Made by a program: the position numbers and the translations under genes. A stretch of DNA of 59,567 nt, filler included, from Dirinaria sp. TL-2023a (taxonomy: Eukaryota), in assembly GCA_051941275.1 (NCBI GenBank). It is 5 parts of 5 records of this genome, joined end to end, with 100 filler letters (N's around TTAATTAATTAA, not from the genome) between each part and the next. Parts side by side here need not be neighbours in the genome. Positions count along the whole stretch, not along the records: positions 11,949 to 23,795 come from JAVEBF010000812.1; 4 more parts are not named here. The stretch is one strand, 5' to 3'. Positions 13,141 through 23,895 of the stretch are shown here, one piece after another (the first letter of the stretch is position 1; each line of letters starts with the position of its first letter). The notes beneath the pieces were generated by a model, which was not told the origin of the DNA, did no database searches, and saw only the letters and a list, made by a program, of their open reading frames with translations.

Positions 13141-13616
13141 AGTCTACGGAAAAGCATTTGTGGGCACTATTTACCCTTAGTGGTGTTGAGGTGACTAGTG
13201 TAGAGGCTAGACCGTTTTGGTCAACCTATCTAAGAAATGTTGTAGGAGGTGTTGAGTATGCGGTTTTACACTTGACTACCTTCTTGAGGTCATGAATAAC
13301 CCTCTTTGTATGATTTTGAACGGTCGCGTTCGACCTTCAATTGCCTCTTTTCCCATCGTGCTTCTGCTGCCTCAACCGTCTTCTGCGCTTTGGAAATCCT
13401 ATTCTCATCACGTTTCTGCTTCTTTGCGCGTACTATACCCACGATGACGACGTCATACTTCCTGACAACGGTATTAATTAATGCTTTACGCTTATTTTTA
13501 ATCAACTGATAGACGTAAGTCTTCTCTAAGTCATGCTCCACCAGTTCGCGAGAATGAGTCTTTGATTCGCGTCGAGGCTTGACTCTGATCGATCTTAAGT
13601 ATAGACCGGCCCTCAT
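13141..13616 (-). mobile_element. Probable degraded pogo/Fot1 (Tc1-mariner) transposase C-terminus with one putative end
   Basis: Basic helical peptide KRKALINTVVRKYDVVIVGIVRAKKQKR resembles Fot1-type C-termini; AT-shifted; no second TIR or DDE core found. Confidence 0.35.
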
Positions 13617-13884
13617 TCTTTTCTCTGCACGGATTAATCTCTTCTTATCCTTAGACCTACTCTACGCGACATCACTGTAGTAGAGGTGTACCCACCGTGC
13701 TCATCGCCCGGTATACCCAGCTCTTACATCTTTTCATGATTGCGAACGATTTATCTGTTATGAATGTAGCCTCCGATTCATCGTTTGCAGATGACGGCGA
13801 ATTGCGGATCTAAAGAATGCCGTTTTCTGCTTTGAATTTAGATCGATGCACATAATCTCAACGGTGAAAAAGCCCCTTCCTGTT

Positions 13885-14102
13885 CACCTCCATTTATGGA
13901 GGAACCTCTATGGCGTACTGCCTCGGCACGTACTCCTCCACGTAACTCCCCACCTCAATTTATGGAGGAACCCATGAGGCGTACTCGCTGGGCACACTCC
14001 CCGGAGGAGTATTCTCTGCCCCAGTGTGTAGAGGGACCTAGGTGGCGTACGCAATTTGTGGATGAACTCGTGTGACGTACTTGCCGTAGCATGTACTTCT
14101 CC
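13885..14102. repeat. Degenerate ~66-bp tandem repeat (2 good and 2 decayed units)
   Basis: CACCTCMATTTATGGAGGAACC...GGCGTACT...GGCAC at 13885 and 13951, weaker copies near 14019 and 14052. Confidence 0.7.
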
Positions 14103-15150
14103 AGCACTAGTCTGCTTTTCTACAAATTGGAGGCATACCTGTATCTTACCTGACCTGCCTAGCCCGCGAATCGTTTATCGCCAAAACCTTTTGGTCGGAG
14201 GAGGTAACCCTCCGGGTGTTGGAGTTGCAGGATAGCAAGTAGTGAGCTCGTGATTAGTCGCAAATATCTTCTCAGCCGGTAAAGGCCTTACTAGCGTTCC
14301 GAGCACCTTGACGTGCTCATTGCTCAACGAGAAAGGAGGGGAGAGAAGGCTTGCTGTGTATTGGACGACGGACGATCAGTGCTTGGACGGAAGTAACCCT
14401 GCGAGCAAAAGTACGCGAGAGAGCGAGCAAGCCGTACTTACTGCCATAATGGCGATAATCACCAAATGTGCACCAGAATTTGTCCATCAACACGGAACCC
14501 TCTGCTTTGTGACCCTTGGATGGAGTCATCGAGAATAGACCTGTCATAGGATTGATCGTCAGTTATTAGAAAATGAATGGAGTATTAGTCGAAGGAAAGT
14601 GGTCGCTCCTGACAGACGGTGCTGTTGCGCAGCATCTAGTCGGGGTTGAGGTTGGACTGAAACCTGTCTCCGTAGCTCCCGAGAGATTGGTGCAGAAGTC
14701 CTCGCTATACTTAGATCTATAAGACACTAAAATGATTGTTCTTCTTACCTTTTTACCATTCACAAGACTTGTTACTACGTATGTTAAATCATCGCAACAA
14801 TGCGCCTAGTACTACAGAACATTTCTACGCATATGTCGAGAGAAGACTTTCAAAGCCGACTCCTCATCACCTTGAGAAGAACTCTGCAAAGTTTGCGGCT
14901 TTGATGGCTTGACTACGACTCGGAAAGTGGTTACGCGATGGGTCTTATATGCAGCTTTATTATGCAATCTAGCGCAGAAGGACGAAAAATCTAGGTGAGC
15001 AAATTGGATCTAAGGCTACAAGGCGAAAGTGGATATGCTCTTGATTGCTCGAAAGGCAAGGAAGAAAGCCGGGATATCCTTGACCTAAGCAGCTTTCCTA
15101 GTAACAGGCAAAGATGCTAGGACAGTGCGCAAACGGAATCCCTCCCTCCA

Positions 15151-15690
15151 TTATACATCGGTCCAGCTCTCGGAATGTTTCCCAGGATTTGACCTGATCA
15201 ATTCCATCGAATCCCTTGGTACAACCCGCAGTTTTTTAATGCCACAGACTTCCATCTTCTTCGCTCGCCTAGGAAGGCTCGGATAAGGGGTATCGAAATT
15301 GTAGGAGGAAATCCAAGGGCACGAAGGGCTGTCTAAGGTCGTCTTAGGTGACATTGCTGCCTTGGTCCTGTCAATAGCTGGCGCTACCAGTGGCTGAATG
15401 GCCTCAGGCTTGTCGATGGCTTGCATTTCAGCATAGTCGTGCGGTATCGGTATCTCAAAATAAGTTTTGCTAGAGTCGAATGAATGGTATTTGTCCTGGT
15501 TTTGCCTCAAGCTTGCAGATGTGGTGGTCTTGAGGAAGGATGCTGCAGCATGTGTGGGGTAATGTTGGTGAAGTGGTTCGACTCCGGATACCAAATTGTC
15601 TGACTCGTCTGATTGAACACAGAGGAAGCGATGTAGGAAAGCTAGGCACTTGGATGGGCGGCAGCACCACCGTCGAAGTAAATCTCGCAT
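15151..15690 (-). CDS. Hypothetical orphan ORF (179 aa)
   Basis: ATG-initiated open frame in a gene-poor region; no recognisable domain. Confidence 0.3.
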   Translation of the reverse strand: MRDLLRRWCCRPSKCLAFLHRFLCVQSDESDNLVSGVEPLHQHYPTHAAASFLKTTTSASLRQNQDKYHSFDSSKTYFEIPIPHDYAEMQAIDKPEAIQPLVAPAIDRTKAAMSPKTTLDSPSCPWISSYNFDTPYPSLPRRAKKMEVCGIKKLRVVPRDSMELIRSNPGKHSESWTDV

Positions 15691-18600
15691 GGTTTTTGGA
15701 GTCGCTGAGCGTCTTGGGATGCTGGCTTATGGAGCTTTGAGGACTTGGGAGAGGTGGATTGCTTGTTGAATTTGGAGTTCTTGACCGGCTGTGATTTTGA
15801 CGAGTTTGCGACTGAATGTAATTACTACCTCGTGCTGTTTCCCGGTCCACAGCTCTGAAAGCAATTATGATAGAGCTGAGAAGGTATTATTTAAATAGAC
15901 ATGGAATGAGTGGCACGGCCCTGGAAGACAAATTGTGAATGCCATCCTCCACATCGCCTTCACACCAAGGCGGGTGACCCTTCCAGCTGGAGCATCGATT
16001 GCAGCGTACGTAGTTAGGGATACCATGGCGGTAGTTGTTATCTCGAAGAAAGGAGAGCGATACCAGACTCTCGGGTCTCTTATTGCATCTTCGTCGTAGG
16101 GATGCGACATATGTGTAAGCCAGAACTCGGAAGAGGATGTGGTTGAACGATATCTAGTTACCACTCACACAAAGGCACGGTCCACCCACAAGCCTATTGC
16201 GGAAAAAGGAGGAGCCACACCTCGGAACAATATAAGAGGGATGAGTCGGAAAGTCGGGCATAAGGTGATTTCGTGGAAACTTAATTAGGTACGTCGCAGG
16301 AATACCGCTCGCTCTCAATGACGGATCTAGATCACCATGGGGGCCGAACGCAGGATCACGCATGATCTCTCCAAAGGATCGGTCATTTTTCGAGTGGAAG
16401 CGTCAGCAGGTCTCGGGGAAAAGACATCTCGAATGCAGTCTCCCTGCGTAGTAAACGCCCAAGACTCCTACCATCAGATTTCGTGACCCATATAAAAGCT
16501 ACATGTACAACCTAGCCCATCGTGGGCTAAGCAGCCTGTTACAGAACGGCGCGACTAGTGGAAGATACGGAACAATTACATCAATTAGGGTCCAAAGAGA
16601 GTTGCAGGGAAAGCGCGTAATAAAGTTAAAACAATACTTTTGGGGGGCTGATGTGGACCAAAGTGGTCAATGCATGGACTCATGCTTGCGGACTAGTGGT
16701 TGTAGACAGGCGTCAAGCCTAAAGTACGACAACCTTTCGGACACCGCCCCTTTGCCCAGTGTAACACTTGCCGAAGGTGGAGCCTAGAAGATACCCATAG
16801 ATGAAATGCAACGAGAACCCGTCCTGCAAGCCTCTAAATCAGCACCTTATGCTTATCTAAAGTACCTACTGCCTATAAGCCACCGTGCTATGCTTGCACA
16901 CCAACTCTTATTTAGACCAAGCTCGTTTGACCATGTTGAGCTACAAACTTTTGCGTTGCCTTCTTCAAGGTCTCCTCCGAAGAAGAGCTAAGTAGCCACT
17001 CGGCGCAAGTATAATCCTCACTCAGCAGGCTGAGCTCCATCTGAACCACCCTTTGCGATCGCGGCAGCATACCGGCTTAAGCCTACCTGAAATATGAGGG
17101 ATCGACACCAATTTTGACGAGTGTCTGCCAAGCGTATACACAGCGCAAATCGTCTGCCACAACAAACCTTCCTTTGGAGCGATCCTTGGTATCTTACCAT
17201 AGCAGGTGTTTCCAAAATGTCCCTTACATGTTGTGCACTCAGACACGTTGATAAGTCTGGTGAAGGAGTCTTCCAACGGCTAGTTTTATTTCTCAAGTCG
17301 GCTATGTTTCCAGAACCCTTGATACTCCCCTATGGAGCACATAGTGTAAATGAAAGAGGCTTTCAGTAAATCCGACAAAAATAGACAACGTCGTTCGATC
17401 AGTGGATCGCTTGTTTCCAAGAGCGCTTTGACTATTTCAGAACTCGGCCAGCGCTAGATGACGCTCTACCTCAGCATCGTTGATGTTCCAAGATCCCATC
17501 GTTGATGGCGAAGGGGGGTGCCGGCCTAGTGTATCATTACATCTGTAGCTTATTCAATCAACCTGCACGACCTGGACGAGACCTTCCTTGTTTGAAAAGA
17601 CACCAAAAATATGCCATTGGTTGATGCTTTTCTAGAAAGACACTGATTAAAGGGGTCTCTAGATATAAGAATTGTTATTTTCTATTAGTCTGAGACTATT
17701 TTGCTTAGTAAAATTGCGATAAGAATTCCATTTTCACTTACTAGGGGAATTTATTTAACGAACAAATAACAGTGAGTGATATCTCAGAAATGCTGAGATG
17801 GTCCTTTTAAAGTTTGGCCAATCGCTTCGTACGTGTTTCCCTGCATCAGCTTAGACATCCGTCTCCCCGTGCGGAATGTAATTTCCGAGGTTGTCATGCA
17901 AGACATCTGGGAGACCAGGTTTTCGAGGAGGCTAAAGCACGCTCTGCATGTCCTAACGCCTCCAGATCTTGTCCCTCACATAATTCACTTGTGAGCGGCC
18001 ATTTAGTATCAACAGAGTCTGTCGGAGCACCCTCCAATCCCCGCTACTTGATGGACTCTACTCGAGTTTTGGGCGAGAACTCTTCTTGTGACATAGCCAG
18101 TCATGATTTTGTCGAGTATCCCTAGTAGTCTTTTCACGGAAGGACATCGTGAGACCAAACCTCACATCGGCTTCTTCAGTATCGCCACTTCCATCGGTGC
18201 GAGCAGTTTTAGACCAAAACAGTAAACATGATGATAGACATGAGGTGAGATACAACACGTTCTGTGGTGGGGAGGTCGCGCACCACACTTACTAAATCGG
18301 TTGGTCACCGATTCCCCGGAAAGTTTAACCCTCAACCATGTGAAATGGTCAGTAATACTTTCTCTAAAGACACATGTTGCCACTCCCATTGGCTCCTTAC
18401 AATATGGAAGTTTTGGCACCTGATCTCTTGTGGCGCTACGGAATGTCTCGCCAGCTGCAGAAATACATTAAAGCATTTGGTCAAGAGACCCTGAGGCTAC
18501 AAGATAAACCCCACTGTGGTGGTGATTAGGGAACTGGGGAGATCATCATCTGTGTTCTCCTTACAAGTTGCGTAGTCAGGATTTCTACTCGTTCATGATC

Positions 18601-18696
18601 CTCGAACAAAGTGGATTTTCGGCAAACTGTGAATATCTTTCTATTAGCGTTTAGTTGAAAACCTTAAAGAGGCCCTTTCCTCAGTCATCAAACCTC

Positions 18697-19944
18697 ATGT
18701 CTTCTATACCTATTGTGCTGTTATTAGGAGAGATTTATCACGCTAAGAAGGCTTGGGAAGATCTTTCAAAGATCGCAGAGCTTCGAGTAAGAAGGGTTCC
18801 TAGTCATCCAGCCTCAATGTTATTTCTATTGGGGTAAATGGAGACCACTGACCTAACCAAGACCAGCAAGTCAAAGCGGGTTGTAGATCACAGTTCTTAA
18901 GGGAGTGTGCAAACGGTGTTTATGATGGTCTGGTCGCTATCTCTAGGACCTATGAATCGATCGAGGTAGTCCTATCTCGATAGAGGATTAACTGGCGACG
19001 AAGCAATAAGCTTACTGTGCTCTGATCAATGGCAGATAACCGGAATGTTCGACGAAGAGCTTATCAGCGTTCTGCCCCCAACTGTCCAATTCGTATCACA
19101 CAATGGTGCAGGTTATGATCAGATTGACGTTGCCGCATGCAATAGAAGAGGTAAGGGAAATATCAACTAACAGCATTGCGTTCAATTTATTGAACGTCTA
19201 TAGGCATATCCGTTTCGAACACGCCACGTGTCGTCGATGCTGCTACAGCCGACGTAGCTATTTATCTTCTTCTTGGCGCGCTCCGCCGATTACATACTCC
19301 TTCTACTGCTATCCGCTCTGGAGCCTGGCGAGGCTCTATGAGCCTGGGTCATGACCCCGAGGGCAAAGTCCTTGGGATCCTTGGCATGGGTGGTATCGGT
19401 TCCGCTGTAGCATGCCGGGCTGCAGCTTTTGGCCTCAAAGTGCAGTACTATAATCGCCGGCCTGTCATGCCACACAAAAACGTCGCAAATGCTCGCCACG
19501 TCTCATTTGAAACGCTGCTAACGACGAGTGATCTGATAAGTGTGCATCTGCCCTTGTCTCCTGCGACGAAGCACCTGATTGGGGCGAAAGAATTCGCAAT
19601 GATGAGAGACGGAGTGGTCATTGTCAACACAGCCAGAGGCCCGATAATCGACGAACAGGCTCTTGTCGATGCGATGGAATGCGGTAAGGTTTTTGGAGCC
19701 GGGCTTGATGTGTATGAAAGGGAGCCTAAGGTTCACAGCGGGTTAATCGAGAGTGAGAAAGTGGTTCTCTTACCTCATATTGGCACAGCAACTTATGAAA
19801 CTCAAGTACGCCATCTTCTCAGTATGCGATGTGTTGGCTAAGGAGTCTAACAGTGATTAGTATGAGCTCGAAATTCTAGTCATCAAGAACGTTCGAAGCG
19901 CCTTGGAGAAGGGAGAACTGATTACACCGGTGGGGGATTTGTAA
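18697..19944 (+). CDS. D-isomer-specific 2-hydroxyacid dehydrogenase (glyoxylate reductase-like), 5 exons
   Basis: SHNGAGYDQID; GILGMGGIG Rossmann motif; VNTARG; GLDVYEREP; LLPHIGTAT. Confidence 0.93.
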
Positions 19945-20914
19945 AAGAATATGAATGTCAGGGATTGGTGGACATGGCGTGGCTTTAAAGGTGGAATGTA
20001 TGGGTGGAATGTATGTGTGGAACACTACATTGAACTTACGCCAATATGGGGTCGCCTGATTTCGGACCGTATATCAGTTTGTAGGATTTATTTGATTTAT
20101 CTCAAGAGGACAAGAGTACACGTTGTTCAACTATTATGTGGTTGTCCATGGATACAATGATTTTCGCTATAAGCTTGCCTCAGTACTCAGGCTCATCTGG
20201 CACGGATTGTCTTTGTAAGCACTCCTCTGGACGGTTTTGCATTTGCTCAAAGTATCTTAGCGGCACGTTTACAACAAGCGCTAATCTTGAAAGATTAGAA
20301 AAACCACTTATAACTGCCTGGAAAGGCAATCCTGTCAGAGAGTTTAAGAATAAAACACGAGAATTCAGTTAAATTCAGTTAAAAATTACTATATAACTAA
20401 ATATATTAAAACCCTCCCACTAGGTGCACACCATCCTACTCTGCTGCTACACCAACTTCACTTTGCTACCACACCACCCTAATCACTAAATCTATTCGGG
20501 CAGCCTCTAGACCTAATGGGGTAAACTATCCCGAAGAAAAGTAAACAAGTAAACATCGCGTTCTCTGGCTGGATGTGCATTTACTGTCATCTCCCTCATC
20601 TTCCTTCACCTCCTCGTCAATGGTCATGCAAATGAGGTCGCCCGCGGGGTGCGTTCAATGGAGCATGGAGCGGGGTAACACAAAGTGGATCAGCGAGACA
20701 GCGAGCTTATGAAAGATCTACTCCACGAGAGCCTTCAGCTTTCGAGTATGCTCTGGAGCTCCCATCGAGTCAGATAGCGGAGAGTCAGCTAGGTAAATAC
20801 TGCGGAGGACGACGAGACACACGAGGCACACGCGGATGTCGGGGTGAAAGAGGTGGTGACGGCGACGAGATATCAGGCGTTTCTGAGATCCGAATGAGTA
20901 ATTTTCAAGCATAC

Positions 20915-21202
20915 TGTCATGAACCTAACCTATGCGCGGTCACGTGCAAGGTCCCGTGTTAGCCCTGGACCCTGGAGGACTCTGGTGGTGTAGGAGATGG
21001 TCTATATCAAGTTATCTTGGGAGTGGTGTTGTTGTTCTTCCCCGATTGAGGTTAGCGTCTTCGGACCGCGTTGATTCGATGTGTTGCTCACACACGTATT
21101 TATTTACACTGCCTGTACTTAGATTTCTTCTTTTTCTTCTCTAGAGTTAGTTTCCTAGTCTAGTATTACCCACATGCTATGTTCGCTGTGCAGGCCTTGA
21201 CA
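20915..21202. mobile_element. Solo LTR, family A (288 bp)
   Basis: TGTCA...TGACA termini; 5-bp TSD CATAC/TATAC; homologous in inverted orientation to 22697-22941. Confidence 0.8.
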
Positions 21203-21359
21203 TATACTTGCATACCCTCTGACATGCTTCCTAACTGCAATTAGAAGTGCATTTGACATGCAATTAGATCTATCAAAAAAAGCTTTTAAAAGATGTGTTT
21301 CAGGTTCAAAATACTCCTAAGAAGCCCTGTGAGAAGGTTGAGAAAATCATCTGTTTAAT

Positions 21360-21763
21360 TGTTGCGATCTACTCACGTCGTCTAAGGCCAGACTAATAAG
21401 AGGCCTAGGTTTGGTCTTGTATGGAGAGGTCTGTCAAGGAACAACGAGTGCCACTGTGATATGGCGAATATCACACAAGATACTTTAGTACTTAATCCAG
21501 TAGTAGACAAGTTAACTGAAGTTGAACACGATGCCAAAAGAGCGTCGTGTTGGAGATCTATGTACACATTCCAATTTCCCTCCCAGCTATTCCAGATGTT
21601 CCAGTAGCCCTGTCTAGAAATCTAGATAGCTAGACGGCTAGACTCCAGCCATTCCAGATACGCCTTGGCATATCTAGAACCGCTAGAACTCTCTCCTCTT
21701 GGCAAGCCCGCTAGCCAGGGTCTTGCTTACTTAATCTTGTTCGATCCCTCTAGGGTCGTAACA
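21360..21763. mobile_element. Solo LTR, family B (404 bp)
   Basis: TGTTGCGA...TCGTAACA termini; perfect 5-bp TSD TTAAT (21355-21359 and 21764-21768). Confidence 0.8.
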
Positions 21764-22121
21764 TTAATATGATATACAGGTATCCTTCTCAAGCATCTTC
21801 TCATCATTCCTCATGGCTCATGAACTGTCGTGTTTACGGGGTTTGTTTGTTATCAGATTAGATCTAGATGCTGCCCAAATAGATTTAGTGGTTAGGGTGG
21901 TGTGTATCTAGTGGGAGCCTATTAAAATAAGGCTCCCGCTAAGAACACACCCCCCCTTCCAGGCTGCACACCCCCTCCTCTCTCTATAACATGTCAGCTT
22001 CATACATGCTTATCGCTCAAACAATGTCTTGGAACTCCTTCAAGACATTTAGTATCAATATTATATGACCATGCTCACGCTATCATGACTTGTTCTTGTA
22101 AGCTACCTTACACTTCTACCG

Positions 22122-22591
22122 TCTTACGACCCTGGAAACAAAGTCAATTAGTAAGATAGGCACCAAGTCCTTTGACTTGGTTTAGTTAATCTTTTGGCCA
22201 TGTCGGGACTTTTACCATTGGGAAACCTATCTAACCAAGGTTGGGTCTTTGACATTAAACCAAGTCAACACGGTCGCAAGGTTCTGAGTTCGATTCTCAG
22301 CTCGAACGTTTGAAGGGTTTTCGGGTTTTCGGCGAGGCTTTACGGCTGAGAGCTTACTAAGCTCGGGGCGACTACTTAACCATTTTCACTAAGGCGAACC
22401 TTCTATCACACCCTGAGCGCTGAGCTTCGGGACGAAGCTCAGAGAGGGACTCGGATAGTGTTACGACTCTGGAAACAAAACCAAGTAGTAAGATAGGCAT
22501 CAAGTCCTTTGACTTGGTTTAGTTAGTCTTTTGGTCATGCCGGGACTTTTACCATTGGGAAACCTATCTAACCAAGGTTGGGTCTTTGATA
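22122..22591 (+). mobile_element. Miniature non-autonomous LTR retrotransposon (TRIM-like), 470 bp
   Basis: 133-bp LTRs at 22122-22254 and 22459-22591 (10 mismatches, 8 of them transitions); consensus TG..CA ends; TSD TACCG/TATCG; 204-bp non-coding interior; purine-rich AGAGAGGGACTCGGATAG just before the 3' LTR. Confidence 0.88.
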
Positions 22592-22696
22592 TATCGTGTC
22601 TCGTGTGCTCAGGATAGTCTCTGATAGATCGAACCCTAACCCTAAAATCTTCTTCCGAGCCTTCTAAAAGTTCACTACTTTTCGGTACTTAAAAAT

Positions 22697-22941
22697 TGTC
22701 ATGGCCTGCACAGCGCTCATAGGCATATGGGTACTACTAGACTAGGACACTAAGTATGAGGAAGGAAAAGAAGAAAAAGAGGAAGAATACTAAGTACAGA
22801 AACCAAATAGGGGACCGGGCAATACACGGACCGAAGGCGCTAACCCGATCAAGCTGATATACCCAACTCAGGCTCCCCAGGGTCATGCTTCAGGGTCCAG
22901 GCTAGTCACGTGAACTAACCCTCCAGGTCAGGTTCATGACA
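22697..22941. mobile_element. Solo LTR, family A (245 bp), inverted relative to 20915-21202
   Basis: TGTCATG...CATGACA termini; perfect TSD AAAAT; shares GGCCTGCACAGCG...ACTAGACTAGG with the other copy. Confidence 0.85.
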
Positions 22942-23795
22942 AAAATCATAATTACTTGATGAATTCTATAGAGTATAAACCATTAATTAATACATCATCT
23001 ACATCATTTGAATTTACTATTGTCATTGAGTATCATGACTTCAACAAAATCGGTATTTCGTGATCGTTCTGAGCAAAATTCTCCCTCGAACTCTCGAAGT
23101 CGCTTAAAACTAGAACTTCTGCTCTCGAGAGGATAAGTTCAAAACATCGTCTCATCACCGCATCTTCTTTCTCACTTCAATTGATAAATTAGATCTAAGA
23201 ATCTGACGACATTGTAAACACTTCAAGCATAAAAACTTAAATGAGAAAGAGAGTGTGGTGATGAGGATTCTAATGTTTTGAAATAGTCGATTAAAAGCAT
23301 AAGCCCTAGCCCTAAGCGGTCTCGGAGGATGATTTCTCCTAGCACGAGTACGATTAACAAATCTCGGGTACGAATTCGGAATAAGGGCCGCCTTGAATTA
23401 TACATAATTCTCTATACTACGGAGACAGCGTTGGCGGATCTACGATTCGCTCACTCGAAAAACAGAATCGACACGTAATGATTTCGCATCTCTGATAAGC
23501 ATAGCCATCAGGCAGCAGCTCCCCCTGTCAAAATTAGGTGATAAAACGCATAATTACTATCTAGAAACTGAGAGAGCAACTCATCTATAATATACAAAGA
23601 GTTGATCACGTGCCGAGTAACATTACTCGACACGTGACATCGGGTAATCTTGCCCGGCACGTGACACAGAGGTCAGCACATAGAATTCCAACACCCTCTA
23701 CGTTTCAAGAGGCGCCATATAGGCATCATCCGTGCATCATTGAAGATTTAACGGGCTCGCGCGATCCTCACCTGCGTCGCGCGACCATAAAGCGG

Positions 23796-23895
23796 NNNNN
23801 NNNNNNNNNNNNNNNNNNNNNNNNNNNNNNNNNNNNNNNTTAATTAATTAANNNNNNNNNNNNNNNNNNNNNNNNNNNNNNNNNNNNNNNNNNNN
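23796..23895. other. Artificial contig-joining linker
   Basis: N44-TTAATTAATTAA-N44. Confidence 0.99.

Larger units (their letters stand above)
20412..21919. mobile_element. Non-autonomous TIR DNA-transposon relic hosting two solo LTRs
   Basis: CTCCCACTAGGTGCACACCATCCTA on the left versus TAGGGTGGTGTGTATCTAGTGGGAG on the right (inverted); flanking direct repeat TATTAAAA at 20404-20411 and 21920-21927; a related TIR begins again at 21931. Confidence 0.6.

Noticed and set aside
14143..14152. ATCTTACCTG as a U1 snRNA 5' end
   Set aside because: No loop II ATTGCAC and no Sm site at the expected distance.
22265..22307. Complete tRNA gene
   Set aside because: Only the T-arm and 3'-half-like sequence is present, with no adjacent D-arm or matching acceptor 5' strand; treated as part of the TRIM.
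22632..22645. AACCCTAACCCTAA as a telomerase RNA template or telomere
   Set aside because: Only about two repeat units inside a TE island; no pseudoknot or CR4/5 context recognised.
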